IMG/VR virus record: IMGVR_UViG_3300018080_000100
Strand: one strand, 5' to 3'
DNA length: 64,000 nt
Origin: a virus
The position numbers and the translations under genes are program-made. Positions 63,166 to 64,000 of the stretch are shown piece by piece (position 1 is the stretch's first letter; each line of letters begins with the position of its first letter). Under the pieces are notes generated by a model. The model was not told the origin of the DNA. It did no database searches and saw only the letters and a program-made list of their open reading frames with translations.

Positions 63166-63914
63166 TCCTCCTCTGCGAGAACCTCGTACATGTCACGGCC
63201 CCAGAAACTCGGAGTAAAGGGCCACAAGTTACACGTATCCGGCACACGGTCTTTGACCATCTCCGGACGCGTACGTGAGAGCGGTTTCTCGGCACCCGTC
63301 CATTCGGTGCCTAGGAACTCGCACACTTTCTGCATCGTACCCTGGTAATCGAGCATCAGCTCTTGGTACGTCACGATGGCGCGTGCCCATGGCATCCCGG
63401 TCACCATCTGCCAGAACGCGCCAGTCCGATTCACAAACTCAGCGCAGTTCTTCTCGTTGAAGATCGGTGTCTGTGACGCCAGCGGCCCCTCATCTAGCGT
63501 GCGCACCCACACGTTGTCCGCCATGCAGACGCAGTTGGAGATGTACACAGCCATCGGGTTGCGCGACATGACCACTACTTTCATGTCAGTGTCGCCCAAC
63601 GCCAGCGGTACGATTTCCGGGCGCTTATAGAACGACGCGTCGATGATCTTGTAGCCATAGTGCGTCTCGCAGTCCTGTGCGAGTGCAGGCAGCACCTTGT
63701 CGTTGAACCATGCAGACTCCGCTTGCGGCGCCAGCGGTACGCCGCCCTCTAACGGTACGCCTTCTTGCTCACACGCGACAATACGGTGGGTGTTGTTCGG
63801 GTTGAACAGCTCACGCCAGCACATGCGTACGCCCGGGACCTGATTCAGCGATGCTGCCATCAGCGTCGTCCCCGACCTCGCCATCCCGATCACCGCTATC
63901 TTCTGCTTCGGCAT
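63141..63914 (-). CDS. sulfotransferase (P-loop type)
   Basis: IAVIGMARSGTTLM P-loop; aaggagacgg SD upstream. Confidence 0.6.
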   Translation of the reverse strand: MPKQKIAVIGMARSGTTLMAASLNQVPGVRMCWRELFNPNNTHRIVACEQEGVPLEGGVPLAPQAESAWFNDKVLPALAQDCETHYGYKIIDASFYKRPEIVPLALGDTDMKVVVMSRNPMAVYISNCVCMADNVWVRTLDEGPLASQTPIFNEKNCAEFVNRTGAFWQMVTGMPWARAIVTYQELMLDYQGTMQKVCEFLGTEWTGAEKPLSRTRPEMVKDRVPDTCNLWPFTPSFWGRDMYEVLAEEECPEGPHV

Positions 63915-64000
63915 CTACCGTCTCCTTATGGGTTGCAGCCGGACATTCCAGATATCCGACATGACATTTGTAACAGCGGTGGTCATAGTTGTACGGACAC

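Noticed and set aside
1-64000. CRISPR arrays, rRNA, integrase/att sites, transposases
   Set aside because: No regularly spaced direct repeats with unique spacers were seen. The only tandem DNA repeats are coding (20650-21060; 38975-39000). No rRNA-like conserved blocks and no tyrosine or serine recombinase motifs were seen.
63928-64000. Possible 3' end of a Cys-rich gene upstream of the last sulfotransferase
   Set aside because: Truncated by the window edge; the frame cannot be fixed confidently and it is not in the ORF track.

Overview
This 64 kb window is GC-rich (visually about 60%; not computed) and reads as one contiguous stretch of a large tailed-phage or prophage genome. Every convincing gene (about 95) lies on the minus strand, with tight spacing and frequent 4-bp ATGA/TAATG overlaps. 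The plus-strand ORFs in the track look like GC-driven artefacts. Many genes have a Shine-Dalgarno of the aaggag type, and there are rho-independent terminators whose loop is UUCG on the transcript. Several encoded proteins carry Sec or Tat signal peptides and one has a PEP-CTERM-like tail, so the host is most likely a diderm bacterium.

Five modules can be read from the sequence. (1) 0-16 kb is a glycan-modification and auxiliary-metabolism island. It has four P-loop sulfotransferases, including a tandem paralog pair. It also has glycosyltransferases (two GT2-like, one GT25, one GT15-like, one GT11-like fucosyltransferase). A fused nucleotidyltransferase + GHMP sugar kinase looks like an NDP-sugar salvage enzyme of the Fkp architecture. 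There is a class II fuculose/rhamnulose-phosphate-type aldolase, a fusion protein with a rhamnose-mutarotase domain, a cupin and a histidine phosphatase. CspA, a GroES with a Cys-rich N-terminus and a papain-like peptidase sit in the same island. (2) 16.6-30 kb is a putative virion module. It holds a huge P/A/Q-rich protein, glycine-zipper membrane proteins and a protein with roughly 24-aa tandem repeats, with another sulfotransferase embedded among them. It also holds two tandem S1-type serine-protease paralogs, a LamG + beta-helix tailspike-like protein and a secreted Q/Y/R-rich protein. (3) 30-46 kb is an early-like array of small ORFs. Most are separate transcription units bounded by a terminator and a recurring roughly 22-bp inverted-repeat motif (TTTGTTCA-YR-TGATCAAR, with two GATC sites). 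(4) 46.5-50 kb holds a GT4 glycosyltransferase and a T7 gp8-like portal. (5) 50-64 kb is a DNA/nucleotide module: RuvC, a DnaQ-like exonuclease, an HhH-GPD-like protein, ThyX and peptide deformylase. It also holds a possible tRNA-like element and a sixth sulfotransferase.

The candidate novel system is a phage-borne multi-sulfotransferase and multi-glycosyltransferase glycan-tailoring toolkit with its own NDP-sugar salvage enzyme.
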